64,000 nucleotides of DNA from an uncultured Coprococcus sp. (lineage in GTDB: Bacteria; Bacillota; Clostridia; Lachnospirales; Lachnospiraceae), in contig CAKQIY010000011.1 of the NCBI GenBank assembly GCA_934247115.1, positions 449 through 64,448 of the forward strand. The letters run 5' to 3'. The position numbers and the translations under genes were made by a program. Under the pieces are notes generated by a model. That model did not search any database. It was given only the letters and a program-made list of their open reading frames with translations, and was not told where the DNA came from. Positions 1 to 10,264 of this stretch are shown here, piece after piece; position 1 is the stretch's first letter, and each line of letters opens with the position of its first letter.

Positions 1-3
1 AAT

Positions 4-61
4 AAATTGACTTTCTAAATTGACTTTCTAAATTGACTTTCTAAATTGACTTTCTAAATTG
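4..61. repeat. Tandem repeat, 13-bp unit aaattgactttct, four full copies plus a partial fifth, next to the window edge
   Basis: Identical units at 4-16, 17-29, 30-42 and 43-55, with a partial unit aaattg at 56-61. Each unit contains a ttgact hexamer. Confidence 0.9.
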
Positions 62-477
62 GCATCAAAAATTAGTCTGATAATCTTGAGGAGATTTCAG
101 AAAATGTCATCAAATACTTCTATTTGGGAATCCTCTGGAAGATTTTCGTATTGTTCTAAATTCATGAGATCTGAACTTTTCTGTAATGCAGGCATATGAA
201 CACATTCTTTCATTATAATATATAAGAGTATAACATACATGCAGCCAGATTATCCATAAAATAATAAGTTCTATCAGAAAAACAATCTAACAAATGGACA
301 TATATTTGCAACGCTATGCCATGTTCAAAATCTGTATATTGTTATAGAATTATATTCACAAAGCAAGAAGCGCAACGGTGTAGCGCAGAAAAAGCGCGCA
401 ATATGGACAACGAAAGAACGGACATTAAGGAAAAACAACGAAAATAATAAAAACGGAGAAAGGCGGAGTTACAGAAA

Positions 478-1767
478 ATGAAGAAGATTGAAGAATTAAA
501 AAAGATAATATCAGGTGGAGAGTTTGACGAGAAGCTTGCTCAGATCTATCTCGACAAGGATATGATCCCATACAACAGGGAGAGATACGTAAAGGCACTT
601 GACAAGTTTGTTGAGTTATTCGGAGATCAGGAGGTTGCCATCTACAGCGCTCCTGGAAGAAGTGAGGTATGTGGAAACCACACAGACCATCAGAACGGAC
701 ATGTACTTGCAACTTCTATCAACCTTGATGCCATAGCAGTTGTGGCACCTAGAGAGGACGGCGTGATCGAGCTCGTGTCAGACGATATGCCAAAGGAAGT
801 TATCAATGTAAATGATATCGAGCAGGACTCTGCACTTGAGGGAACAACAACAGCGCTTATCAAGGGTGTTGTTGCAGGAATCAGAGATTACGGATTCAAG
901 GTAGGCGGATTCACAGCATTTGTTACAAGCGACGTGCTCATGGGAGCAGGAATGTCATCATCAGCAGCATTTGAGAGTCTTATAGGAACTATCCTTTCAG
1001 GTCTCTACAACGAGATGAGAGTTTCATCTGTAGATGTTGCGAAGATCGGACAGTATGCAGAGAATGTTTACTTCGGCAAGCCATGCGGACTGATGGATCA
1101 GATGGCATGTGCAGTCGGCGGACTTATATATATCGACTTCTTCGACAAGGCCAATCCTGTTATCAAGCAGGTCCCTGTTGACTTTGAGGCTCATCAGTAC
1201 AGCCTGTGTATCGTTGATACAAAGGGTTCACATGCAGACCTCACAGACGACTACGCAGCAATCCCTGCAGAGATGAAGCAGGTTGCAAATTACTTCGGCG
1301 AGGAACTCCTCAGCAGAGTTTCAGAGGAGGATTTCATCAGCAAGGTTGGTGAGATGAGAGCCAGCGGCAAGGTGAATGACAGAGCAGTCCTTCGTGCGCT
1401 TCACTTCTACACAGAGCAGGACAGAGTTGCAGAGGGTGTTGCAGCACTTGAGAATCAGGAATTTGACCATTTCCTCGATGTTATAAAGAGAAGCGGAGAT
1501 TCATCATTCAAGCTTCTTCAGAATATATACAGCGCAAAGGATCCACTCACACAGAATGTATCAATAGCACTTGGCTTCTCAGAGAAGTTCATCGGCGACA
1601 ATGGCGTATGCAGAGTACATGGCGGTGGATTTGCCGGAACAATTCAGGCATTTGTCAAGAATGCGGCTGTTGCTGAGTACAAGAAGAACATCGAGTCGAT
1701 CTTTGGAGAGGGTGCGTGCCACGTTCTCAAGGTAAGACCTTACGGCGGAATAAAGGTAGTTGAATAG
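478..1767 (+). CDS. galK: Galactokinase (GHMP kinase)
   Basis: 429 aa. Galactokinase signature GRSEVCGNHTDHQNGHVLA and GHMP ATP motif GAGMSSSAA. Sits upstream of galT and galE. Confidence 0.95.
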   Translation: MKKIEELKKIISGGEFDEKLAQIYLDKDMIPYNRERYVKALDKFVELFGDQEVAIYSAPGRSEVCGNHTDHQNGHVLATSINLDAIAVVAPREDGVIELVSDDMPKEVINVNDIEQDSALEGTTTALIKGVVAGIRDYGFKVGGFTAFVTSDVLMGAGMSSSAAFESLIGTILSGLYNEMRVSSVDVAKIGQYAENVYFGKPCGLMDQMACAVGGLIYIDFFDKANPVIKQVPVDFEAHQYSLCIVDTKGSHADLTDDYAAIPAEMKQVANYFGEELLSRVSEEDFISKVGEMRASGKVNDRAVLRALHFYTEQDRVAEGVAALENQEFDHFLDVIKRSGDSSFKLLQNIYSAKDPLTQNVSIALGFSEKFIGDNGVCRVHGGGFAGTIQAFVKNAAVAEYKKNIESIFGEGACHVLKVRPYGGIKVVE

Positions 1768-1856
1768 ATATTTGCGAAACATAATACAGGTTTATGGGTT
1801 TCGCAAATATCTGTGCGAGAAAAATATAAGGATATGTAGAAAGAAGGGTTACAATC

Positions 1857-3365
1857 ATGATAGATACAAACATCAAGCAGCTCGTTGAGTACGGAATTGC
1901 AAATGAGCTGATAGAGGAAGAGGACAGAATATACACGACCAACACCATCCTCGAGATGCTGAAGAAGGACAGCTACGAGGAGCCGGGTGAGGTGCCGGCT
2001 ATAGATACACCTGAGAAGCTTGAGGAGTGTCTCAAGGGGATTCTGGATTACGCAGTTGAGAATGGACTTATCGCAGAGGATTCAGTTGTCCTCAGAGATC
2101 TGTTCGACACGAAGATCATGAATGCGTTGGTGCCAAAGCCAAGCCAGATCATAAAGACATTCAGAGAGAAGTATGCAAAGTCCCCAGAGGAGGCGACAGA
2201 CTTCTACTACAAGCTCAGCAGAGCTACAGATTACATCAGAACATACAGAGTTGCAAGGGATATCAAGTGGATAAAGCCTACAGAGTATGGCGATATCGAC
2301 ATCACGATCAACCTCTCAAAGCCTGAGAAGGATCCAAAGATGATCGCCCTTGCCAAGACCATGTCACAGTCGTCATATCCAAAGTGCCAGCTGTGTATGG
2401 AGAACGAGGGATATGCCGGAAGGATCAATCATCCTGCAAGAGAGAACCACAGGATCATCCCTATAGAGGTAAATGGCAGCAAGTGGGGATTCCAGTATTC
2501 TCCATATGTATATTACAATGAGCACTGTATCGTGTTCAACGGACAGCACATCCCTATGAAGATAGAGAAAGCCACATTCCAGAAGCTTTTCTCATTTGTG
2601 GGACAGTTCCCACATTACTTCCTGGGATCAAATGCAGACCTTCCTATAGTAGGAGGTTCGATCCTCACACACGACCACTTCCAGGGCGGCCGTTATACAT
2701 TTGCCATGACAAAGGCACCTGTTGAGACAAAGGTTACATTTGCAGGATATGAGGATGTCGAGGCGGGAATCGTGAAGTGGCCTATGTCAGTCATCAGACT
2801 TGACGGAGAGAATCCGGACAGGATCATAGATCTTGCTGACAAGATCCTCGGTGCATGGAGAGGTTACACAGATGAGGATGCGTACATATTCGCTGAGACA
2901 GACGGCGAGCCACACAACACCATCACTCCGATTGCAAGAATGAGAGATGGCAAGTATGAGATGGACTTAGTCCTTCGTAACAACATCACCACAGAGGAGC
3001 ATCCGCTTGGTCTCTATCATCCATGGGAGCAGTACCACAACATCAAGAAGGAGAATATCGGACTCATCGAGGTTATGGGACTTGCGGTCCTTCCTGCAAG
3101 ACTCAAGGGCGAGATGGAAGAGCTGGCAGAGGTTCTTGTGGCAGGAGGAGACATCAAGGCTCATGAGAATATCGCAAAGCATTACGACTGGGTACAGACT
3201 TTCATAGGAAAGTACGACATAAATGCAGACAACGTACACAAGATACTTCAGGATGAGATCGGCGATGTATTTGCCAAGATCCTTGAGTGCGCAGGCGTAT
3301 ATAAGAGAGATGAGGCTGGAAAGGCTGCATTCCTCAAGTTCGTAGATTATGTGAATGCACAGTAA
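1857..3365 (+). CDS. galT: Galactose-1-phosphate uridylyltransferase (long, about 500 aa, Firmicutes type)
   Basis: 502 aa. Its position between galK and galE and its length are typical of the type-2 GalT family. Contains the GGSILTHDHFQGG region. Confidence 0.9.
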   Translation: MIDTNIKQLVEYGIANELIEEEDRIYTTNTILEMLKKDSYEEPGEVPAIDTPEKLEECLKGILDYAVENGLIAEDSVVLRDLFDTKIMNALVPKPSQIIKTFREKYAKSPEEATDFYYKLSRATDYIRTYRVARDIKWIKPTEYGDIDITINLSKPEKDPKMIALAKTMSQSSYPKCQLCMENEGYAGRINHPARENHRIIPIEVNGSKWGFQYSPYVYYNEHCIVFNGQHIPMKIEKATFQKLFSFVGQFPHYFLGSNADLPIVGGSILTHDHFQGGRYTFAMTKAPVETKVTFAGYEDVEAGIVKWPMSVIRLDGENPDRIIDLADKILGAWRGYTDEDAYIFAETDGEPHNTITPIARMRDGKYEMDLVLRNNITTEEHPLGLYHPWEQYHNIKKENIGLIEVMGLAVLPARLKGEMEELAEVLVAGGDIKAHENIAKHYDWVQTFIGKYDINADNVHKILQDEIGDVFAKILECAGVYKRDEAGKAAFLKFVDYVNAQ

Positions 3366-3620
3366 TATAGTGTGCACTAAAAATGCAATAATATAGGTGT
3401 ATCTGTGACAGACGTATTCCATAACTAATATTTATTAATGCCACATTCCATTGTGCATAACAGGATGTAGTGGTATAGTGTTGGAGAAAACGTCATTGCA
3501 AAATAAAAATGTTTATAAACTGGTGATCGACATTTGCGCAAGACATGAACAGTGCTCCGAAAAGCACGGGTGTCCGGCAGATGGTTATGAGTCACAGTAT
3601 CATAAAGGAGGAAAAACATT

Positions 3621-4637
3621 ATGAAGATTTTAGTAACAGGCGGAGCAGGTTATATAGGAAGTCATACATGTGTTGAGCTGCTTAATGCAGGCTACGAGGT
3701 AGTCATTCTCGACAACCTTTACAATGCCAGCGAGAAGGCAGTCGACAGAATCAAGGAGATCACAGGAAAGAATCTCACATTCTACAAGGCAGATATCCTT
3801 GACAAGGAAGCTATGGACAAGATATTTGCGGATGAGAAGCCTGATTGTGTAATACATTTTGCAGGACTCAAGGCAGTTGGCGAGTCAGTAGCAAAGCCAC
3901 TTGAGTACTATCAGAACAACATCACAGGAACTCTTAATCTGTGCGAGGTTATGAGAAAGAACGGATGCAAGAACATCATCTTCTCATCATCAGCTACAGT
4001 ATACGGCAATCCTGCATTTATCCCTATCACAGAGGAGTGTCCAAAGGGAACACCTACAAATCCATATGGCTGGACAAAGTGGATGATCGAGCAGATCCTC
4101 ACAGACCTCCACACAGCAGATCCAGAGTGGAACGTGATACTTCTCCGTTACTTCAACCCAATCGGAGCTCATAAGAGCGGTCTTATCGGAGAGGATCCAA
4201 AGGGAATTCCTAACAACCTTCTTCCATATGTTGCACAGGTTGCAATCGGAAAGCTTCAGAGTGTTGGAGTATTTGGCAATGATTATGACACACCGGACGG
4301 AACAGGTGTGAGAGATTACATCCATGTAGTAGACCTTGCAGTTGGCCATGTAAAGGCTATCAACAAGATCAAGGAGAATCCTGGAGTTAAGGTATACAAC
4401 CTTGGAACAGGCAATGGCTACAGCGTCCTCGATGTTATCAAGGCATTCAGCAAGGCATGTGGACATGACGTTCCATATGTGATCAAGGACAGACGCCCTG
4501 GCGACATCGCAACATGCTACTCAGACGCTTCACTTGCCAAGAAGGAGCTTGGCTGGGAGGCTCAGTACGGAATCGAGGAGATGTGTGCTGACTCATGGAA
4601 GTGGCAGTCGATGAATCCAAATGGATATAATGACTAA
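3621..4637 (+). CDS. galE: UDP-glucose 4-epimerase
   Basis: 338 aa. Rossmann motif GGAGYIGSH, SDR catalytic YGWTK, SSSATVYG. RBS aaaggagg lies upstream. Confidence 0.95.
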   Translation: MKILVTGGAGYIGSHTCVELLNAGYEVVILDNLYNASEKAVDRIKEITGKNLTFYKADILDKEAMDKIFADEKPDCVIHFAGLKAVGESVAKPLEYYQNNITGTLNLCEVMRKNGCKNIIFSSSATVYGNPAFIPITEECPKGTPTNPYGWTKWMIEQILTDLHTADPEWNVILLRYFNPIGAHKSGLIGEDPKGIPNNLLPYVAQVAIGKLQSVGVFGNDYDTPDGTGVRDYIHVVDLAVGHVKAINKIKENPGVKVYNLGTGNGYSVLDVIKAFSKACGHDVPYVIKDRRPGDIATCYSDASLAKKELGWEAQYGIEEMCADSWKWQSMNPNGYND

Positions 4638-4665
4638 TTCCAAAATATAAATAACATAAAGTGAC

Positions 4666-4720
4666 AGAGCACCGACAAATACTATATATAATCAGATGTA
4701 GATTTGCCGGTGCTCTTTTC
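4666..4720 (+). terminator. Rho-independent terminator after galE
   Basis: Stem agagcaccgacaaat (4666-4680) pairs with atttgccggtgctct (4702-4716), one mismatch, followed by tttc. Confidence 0.6.
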
Positions 4721-4726
4721 TGCGTA

Positions 4727-4755
4727 TTGACTTTTTAAAAGAGACGTTGTATAAG
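4727..4755 (+). promoter_or_regulatory. Candidate sigma-A promoter for the glycan locus
   Basis: -35 ttgact (4727-4732), 17-nt spacer, -10 tataag (4750-4755). Lies directly after the galE terminator. Confidence 0.4.
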
Positions 4756-4849
4756 TAAGTAAACTACGCTTTCTGCGGTTATTGGTTGGATTTTGTATTG
4801 CAGCAGTGTAAAAAGGCTGCATTTTAGTATAGTTACAGGTGTTTGTTAT

Positions 4850-5629
4850 ATGAAATTAGAGATACTTCTTTCCTGTATGAATCTTCAGGACGAAGACATA
4901 ATAGAGAGATCCAGGATAGAGTCAGATACAATTATTGTTAATCAGTGTGATCATGATGATTACAGCGAGACTGAGAAGAATGGTCACAGGATCAGGACCT
5001 GGTCGGTGAATGACAGGGGGCTGACCAAGAGCAGGAATTATGCGATACAGAGATCTGAGGCGGACATCTGTCTGCTGTGTGACGATGACGAGGTGTTCGC
5101 AGACAACTATGAGACTGGAATACTGACTGCATATAAAGATATCCCGGATGCAGATGTCATTATATTTAATATAGGTAACAGACCTGCACATTGGGGAGAT
5201 ATTCCAAAGAGACTTGGATACCTTGACCTGATGCATGTGGCTTCATGGCAGATATCATTCCGCAGACAGAGCCTGATAGAGAATGATGTGTATTTTGACG
5301 AGCGCATGGGCGCGGGTTCCGGGAATGGCGCAGAGGAGGAATTCCGATTCCTCACAGACTGCAGGAAGAAAAAGCTGGCGATATATTATGTGCCGTTTGC
5401 CATAGCAGATGTGGCCCAGACGAAATCAACATGGTTCAAGGGTTACAACGAGGAGTTTTTCATTAACAGGGGCAATACTACAAGGTACATCATGGGATAT
5501 GTTCCGGCTGTATTGTACGCTGCATATTACAGCGTGAGAAAGAGACATCAGTTTGACAATGACATTTCATGGTTTAAGGCCTTCAGACTTATAATGAAGG
5601 GCGTACATGAGAATAGGTTAGGTAGATGA
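4850..5629 (+). CDS. GT-A fold glycosyltransferase (family 2-like)
   Basis: The track ORF starts at 4793; I prefer the ATG at 4850 (MKLEILLSCMN...). DxD-type motif LLCDDDEVF. Its stop overlaps the next gene's start (ATGA at 5626-5629). Confidence 0.65.
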   Translation: MKLEILLSCMNLQDEDIIERSRIESDTIIVNQCDHDDYSETEKNGHRIRTWSVNDRGLTKSRNYAIQRSEADICLLCDDDEVFADNYETGILTAYKDIPDADVIIFNIGNRPAHWGDIPKRLGYLDLMHVASWQISFRRQSLIENDVYFDERMGAGSGNGAEEEFRFLTDCRKKKLAIYYVPFAIADVAQTKSTWFKGYNEEFFINRGNTTRYIMGYVPAVLYAAYYSVRKRHQFDNDISWFKAFRLIMKGVHENRLGR

Positions 5630-6663
5630 TTATGAGTGAGAAAATATTAAGCGTGATAATTCCGTCCTACAACAGCAGACCATACCTGGACAAATGTCTG
5701 GGTTCACTGGTAGTTCCGGATATCATGGATAAGCTGGATGTGATAGTAGTGAACGATGGTTCAACAGATGGAAGTGAAAGTATCTGTGATGATTATATCG
5801 TAAAGTATCCTGACAGCTTTTCTCTTATTAATAAAGAGAATGGAGGACATGGATCAGCAATCAATGCCGGCGCGGAGAAGGCACGGGGCAGGTATATGAA
5901 GGTTCTTGACGCCGATGACTGGTTTCTCACTGAGAGCATTCCGGAGTTTGTAAGCAGGCTTGAGAGTGCACAGGCTGATGTGGTGCTCACTTGTCATCAC
6001 ACCATCAATATAACAACCGGTGAGGTGAAGAACTGGCGATGCTTTCCCGATGAATTTGACAGAGAGTACACTATGGAAGAGATCATGGCAGACTGGAAGA
6101 AGTTTGACAGAAGTCTTACATTCCATGGAATAACATATAGAACGCAGTTTTACAGAGAACATGGAGTAAAGCTGGCAGAGAAGGTGTTTTATGAGGATCA
6201 CGAGTACGCGACATATCCATGCTGCGTAGCAGGATCCGTGTTGCCACTGGATTTATTTGTGTATGAATACAGGATAGGGGATGTATCCCAGAGTGTGTCT
6301 GCGCAGAATCAGCTAAAGAGGATAGATCATACCAAGATGGTTATCGTGAAGATGCTGAAGAACAGAGAGGCTATAACCGATCAGTGGGCCATAGAATACT
6401 GTGATAAGAAGATACATCTGTTGCTGCTGAGCTTCATGGTAACCTCCATGCTGTGCGATTCCGACAGAAAGAGAGGTGTTGCACGGGTAGATCAGCTTAT
6501 GAGTTATATAGCAAAGAAGGATCGGCATGTTGTTGACATGACATTGAAGCACTATAAGATATTGAAGCTTCTGAATGCTGCACACGTGGGTCTGGAAGGC
6601 TACAACAGAATGCTTAATTCAAAGCTTTACAACAAGGTAAGGCATAATAAGAGTTTTGAATAG
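5626..6663 (+). CDS. Family 2 glycosyltransferase
   Basis: Classic GT2 N-terminus SVIIPSYNSRPYLDKCLGSL...VNDGSTDGS and the DADD motif (VLDADDWF). Confidence 0.85.
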   Translation: MIMSEKILSVIIPSYNSRPYLDKCLGSLVVPDIMDKLDVIVVNDGSTDGSESICDDYIVKYPDSFSLINKENGGHGSAINAGAEKARGRYMKVLDADDWFLTESIPEFVSRLESAQADVVLTCHHTINITTGEVKNWRCFPDEFDREYTMEEIMADWKKFDRSLTFHGITYRTQFYREHGVKLAEKVFYEDHEYATYPCCVAGSVLPLDLFVYEYRIGDVSQSVSAQNQLKRIDHTKMVIVKMLKNREAITDQWAIEYCDKKIHLLLLSFMVTSMLCDSDRKRGVARVDQLMSYIAKKDRHVVDMTLKHYKILKLLNAAHVGLEGYNRMLNSKLYNKVRHNKSFE

Positions 6664-6688
6664 ATTTACGATGGAGGATTAACGTCAA

Positions 6689-7477
6689 ATGAAAGTAAAA
6701 AGCGGAAGCTTTTTGGAAGTTTTTAATTATAAAGATCTTCTAAAGCAGCTTGTCTCAAGAGACATAAAGTTAAAATATAGAAGAAGTTTCTTAGGTTATG
6801 TATGGAGTATACTGAATCCACTGCTTATCATGATCGTCATGGTTATAGTATTCTCCAAGATGTTCAACAGATCTATACCACATTTCCCTGTATACCTTTT
6901 TGCAGGACGAATCCTGTATGAATTTGTAATAGGTGCATGTGGTAAGGCTCTGGGAAGCATAACAGATAACTCATCACTGCTCAAGAAGACGTATGTTTCA
7001 AAGTTTATGTTCCCATTAGCAAAGATCACAAGTTCACTTGTCGACTGTCTGTTTTCACTGGGAGCGTTTCTTATAGTTATCATATTTACACGTTCACCAT
7101 TTTACTGGACCATGCTGCTGTTCCCATTTATATTTCTTCAGGCATATATATTCGCCTGTGGAATGGGATTTTTTCTGGCACAGCTTCACGTGTTCTTCAG
7201 GGATACAAGATATATATGGAATGCGGTGACAACTGCATGGATGTACTGTTCTGCCATATTCTATCCGATAAGCATGCTGCCGGACTGGCTGAAGTTCTTA
7301 GTAAATTACTTCAATCCGCTGTATGTGTATATCAAGCAGTTCAGATGCATAGCACATCAGGGAGTTATGCCTGATCTTGTAACTATAGGGCTGGGATTCT
7401 TCTACGCATTTGTTTTCTTTGGACTGGGAGTGCTCTGCTTTAAGAAGAATCAGGACAAGTTCATTCTGTATATTTAG
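6689..7477 (+). CDS. ABC-2 type polysaccharide/teichoic-acid exporter permease (Wzm/TagG-like)
   Basis: 262 aa, about 6 hydrophobic helices. N-terminal motif KLKYRRSFLGYVWSILNPLL is typical of ABC-2 permeases. Followed by its ATPase. Confidence 0.85.
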   Translation: MKVKSGSFLEVFNYKDLLKQLVSRDIKLKYRRSFLGYVWSILNPLLIMIVMVIVFSKMFNRSIPHFPVYLFAGRILYEFVIGACGKALGSITDNSSLLKKTYVSKFMFPLAKITSSLVDCLFSLGAFLIVIIFTRSPFYWTMLLFPFIFLQAYIFACGMGFFLAQLHVFFRDTRYIWNAVTTAWMYCSAIFYPISMLPDWLKFLVNYFNPLYVYIKQFRCIAHQGVMPDLVTIGLGFFYAFVFFGLGVLCFKKNQDKFILYI

Positions 7478-7489
7478 GAGGTGCAGCAG

Positions 7490-8356
7490 TTGGCTAACGT
7501 AGAAGATAAGAAGAACGAGCTTGAAGAGAAAAAGATATTTACGTCGAATGCACAGCGTGCAACCACTGTTGCCAGAGGCGAGACTATCATAGAGCTTAAG
7601 GATGTCACCATAAGGTTCAATAAGAATAACCTGAAGGTGGACAATCTGAAGGAGTATTTTATCAGACTTGTGACAAAACAGCTGATGTTCCAGGAGTTTA
7701 TAGCACTCAAGGATATCAATCTTGATATAAAGAAGGGCGAGGCATGGGGCTTCGTCGGAACAAATGGCGCAGGAAAATCCACACTGCTCAAGGTTGTCAG
7801 CAGAATACTGAAGCCTGCAAGTGGAACTGTCAAGGTGTCGGGAACTGTGGCTGCGCTTATAGAGCTTGGAGCGGGAATCGATCCACAGCTTACAGCAAGA
7901 GAGAATATATATCTCAATGGAACTCTTCTGGGATATTCAAAGGCATTTATAGAGTCGAAGTTTGATGAGATAGTGGAATTCTCGGAACTTCAGGATTTTC
8001 TGGATTCACCGGTAAAGAATTTCTCATCCGGTATGAAAACTAGACTGGCGTTCTCAGTTGCCACAGCGGTAGAACCGGATATACTTATTGCCGATGAGAT
8101 ACTTGCGGTTGGAGATATGAGGTTCAAGAAGAAGTGTGCCGTCAAGATGAGTGCCATGCTGGAGAATGGAACAACACTGCTGTATGTATCCCACAATATA
8201 GCCTCTGTCAAGAAACAGTGCAATAAGGCTATGTGGCTGGATCACGGCAATGTGATCATGGCTGGAGATGTAGATACAGTATGTGATGCATTTAAAGCGG
8301 AGATGGATTCACCTACTCCGATATTGCTGCCTGCCAAGGGCAAGGATAAAAAATAA
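7490..8356 (+). CDS. Polysaccharide exporter ATP-binding protein (Wzt/TagH-like)
   Basis: Walker A GTNGAGKST, signature FSSGMKTRL, Walker B ILIADE. The track start is a GTG at 7481 that abuts the SD aggaggtg (7476-7483); the TTG at 7490 has better spacing. Confidence 0.88.
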   Translation: MANVEDKKNELEEKKIFTSNAQRATTVARGETIIELKDVTIRFNKNNLKVDNLKEYFIRLVTKQLMFQEFIALKDINLDIKKGEAWGFVGTNGAGKSTLLKVVSRILKPASGTVKVSGTVAALIELGAGIDPQLTARENIYLNGTLLGYSKAFIESKFDEIVEFSELQDFLDSPVKNFSSGMKTRLAFSVATAVEPDILIADEILAVGDMRFKKKCAVKMSAMLENGTTLLYVSHNIASVKKQCNKAMWLDHGNVIMAGDVDTVCDAFKAEMDSPTPILLPAKGKDKK

Positions 8357-8403
8357 CAAAGATGTTAAGTAAAAATGATATACAACATAGGAGGATTGGA
8401 GCA

Positions 8404-10236
8404 ATGTTACAAAGTGTGAAGTTGCAGAATGTTATGCTGCAGATGAACCTGGATATGAATATAGTGGATTATCCAGAGTTTAGTGCGATAGGAAAGGACT
8501 ACAGATCTCCTTTCGTATATGATTCAGATAAGAAGTGTCATATTGTTGAGAAGCTCGACAAGGTAAACTTTATGAGCTACTACAACTGTCTGCAGGTAAA
8601 GCGCTGGTCGGAATATACGGGAGTGAAGAATTTCAAGCTTCATCTCACAATGAAGGGAAAGGCCACAATAGCAGTATATGCAATTTATTCTGCATCTGTT
8701 GCAGTGACATATAACCCTCTTGTGTCACAGGTCATTGAATGTGACGAGGTGTCAGAGATAACTATAGATATACCTGATACAGATAAGGCTCTTGTGGGCT
8801 TTAGAATGGATACCCTCGAGGACACAGAGATATATAACGGTTATTATTCAGCAGAGATAGAGGAAGACAGGATCAGGGATGTAAGACTTTCGCTTGTGAC
8901 CACTACCTTCAAGAAGCAGGAGTATATCAAGCGTAATATGGAGCTTATCAAGAAGAATGTACTCTGTGAGGGAAGTGACCTCAAGGGACACCTGTTCGTA
9001 CATGTAATAGACAATGACAGGGAGCTGGATCCTTCTGAGTTTGACTGCGAGGATCTGAAGATATACATGAATAACAATGTGGGAGGAGCCGGTGGTTTCA
9101 CCCGTGGTATGATAGAGGCTCTTGAACTTCCTAAGAAGCCTACACATGTACTTCTTATGGACGATGATGTAATGGTTATGCCTGAGAGTCTGTTCAGAAC
9201 ATTTTATCTCCTCAGGCTTCTTAAGGATGAGTACAAGAAGTGCTTCCTCAGTGGAGCGATGTTCGATTATGACATTCGTGAGAGACAGTATGAGGATGTA
9301 GGATATGTCCATAAGGCTGATGGTTCATACGGACCGGTAAAGAAAGCTATGGATATGAGACAGATCAAGAATATAGTTGCCAATGAAGGCTACAGTTATA
9401 ATGTGGATGACGCATATGCAGGATGGTGGTACTGCTGTATACCGGTTGAGAATATCGAAGAGAGAGGTCTTCCGCTTCCTGTGTTTGTAAGAGGCGATGA
9501 CGTAGAGTTCTCACTTAGAAACAAGCCGGGATTTATAACACTCAATGGTATATGTATATGGCATGTTGGATTTGCAGGCAAGTTCAATGCTGCCATGGAG
9601 CTGTATCAGGTTCACAGAAACAGCTTTGTGATCCAGGCAGCAAGTGGAATATGTCAGGATGTGGATTTCCTTGCGAGAATAAAGACTATGTTCTGGAAGG
9701 ATATAACAAGATTTGCTTATAACAATGCAGAGCTGCTCGTTGATTCTATAGATGATTATCTGAAGGGGCCTGAATATATCAAGAATCTTGATGGCGAGAA
9801 GAGTCTTAAGGAACACAATGCCAAGAATGAGAAGCTTGTTCCACTCTCAGAGCTTGGTTACTCGGGAGATCTTCCTACAGACCCATATGAGTATGAGAGT
9901 CTGAATCTGTTCCAGAAGGCAGTGTATGTTCTCACTATCAATGGACATCTTCTTCCGAACTTTATGCTCAGAAGAACACCATATATTATCGCGTATGACT
10001 GGTTCTTTGTTCCAGGAAAGAATTACATGAGAAAGACACTCGTTGCAGTCAATGAGAATGGTGGTACAGGTGCCAGAAGAACAATCAACAGAAAGCGCTG
10101 TTTTGCACTCATCAAGAGATATAGGAGAGTACTTTCCAGATATAAGAAGACACATGTAGAAGTAGAGAAGGCGTACAGAGATTCATTTGCCGAGATGACA
10201 ACGACAGAATTTTGGAAGAAGTATCTGCACATTTAA
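8404..10236 (+). CDS. Large GT-A glycosyltransferase, GlfT2-like (putative galactofuranosyltransferase/polymerase)
   Basis: About 610 aa. DDD motif VLLMDDDVMV, plus AGWWYCCIP and RGDDVEFSLR. Size and layout resemble mycobacterial GlfT2, and glf is in the same locus. The ATG at 8404 follows SD aggagg; the track start is 8362. Confidence 0.6.
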   Translation: MLQSVKLQNVMLQMNLDMNIVDYPEFSAIGKDYRSPFVYDSDKKCHIVEKLDKVNFMSYYNCLQVKRWSEYTGVKNFKLHLTMKGKATIAVYAIYSASVAVTYNPLVSQVIECDEVSEITIDIPDTDKALVGFRMDTLEDTEIYNGYYSAEIEEDRIRDVRLSLVTTTFKKQEYIKRNMELIKKNVLCEGSDLKGHLFVHVIDNDRELDPSEFDCEDLKIYMNNNVGGAGGFTRGMIEALELPKKPTHVLLMDDDVMVMPESLFRTFYLLRLLKDEYKKCFLSGAMFDYDIRERQYEDVGYVHKADGSYGPVKKAMDMRQIKNIVANEGYSYNVDDAYAGWWYCCIPVENIEERGLPLPVFVRGDDVEFSLRNKPGFITLNGICIWHVGFAGKFNAAMELYQVHRNSFVIQAASGICQDVDFLARIKTMFWKDITRFAYNNAELLVDSIDDYLKGPEYIKNLDGEKSLKEHNAKNEKLVPLSELGYSGDLPTDPYEYESLNLFQKAVYVLTINGHLLPNFMLRRTPYIIAYDWFFVPGKNYMRKTLVAVNENGGTGARRTINRKRCFALIKRYRRVLSRYKKTHVEVEKAYRDSFAEMTTTEFWKKYLHI

Positions 10237-10264
10237 AGTGATATGGAAGGAGTATCTTTAGGGT

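Noticed and set aside
1-61. CRISPR array
   Set aside because: The repeats are directly adjacent 13-mers with no spacers, and no cas genes are present in the window.
97-213. 38-codon - strand ORF (MKECVHMPALQKSSDLMNLEQYENLPEDSQIEVFDDIF) next to the tandem repeat
   Set aside because: It is too short, has no recognisable family and no clear RBS. It cannot be supported from sequence alone.
305-325. cre (CcpA) site upstream of galK (tttgcaacgctatgcca)
   Set aside because: The central CG of the WTGNAANCGNWNNCW consensus is out of register, so this is not a convincing match.
4640-4850. c-di-GMP riboswitch (GEMM) or other riboswitch in the leaders of the glycan, algI-like or c-di-GMP genes
   Set aside because: I could not recognise any conserved GEMM-type helices or motifs by eye. 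The leaders show only generic hairpins. This needs a covariance-model scan to exclude formally.
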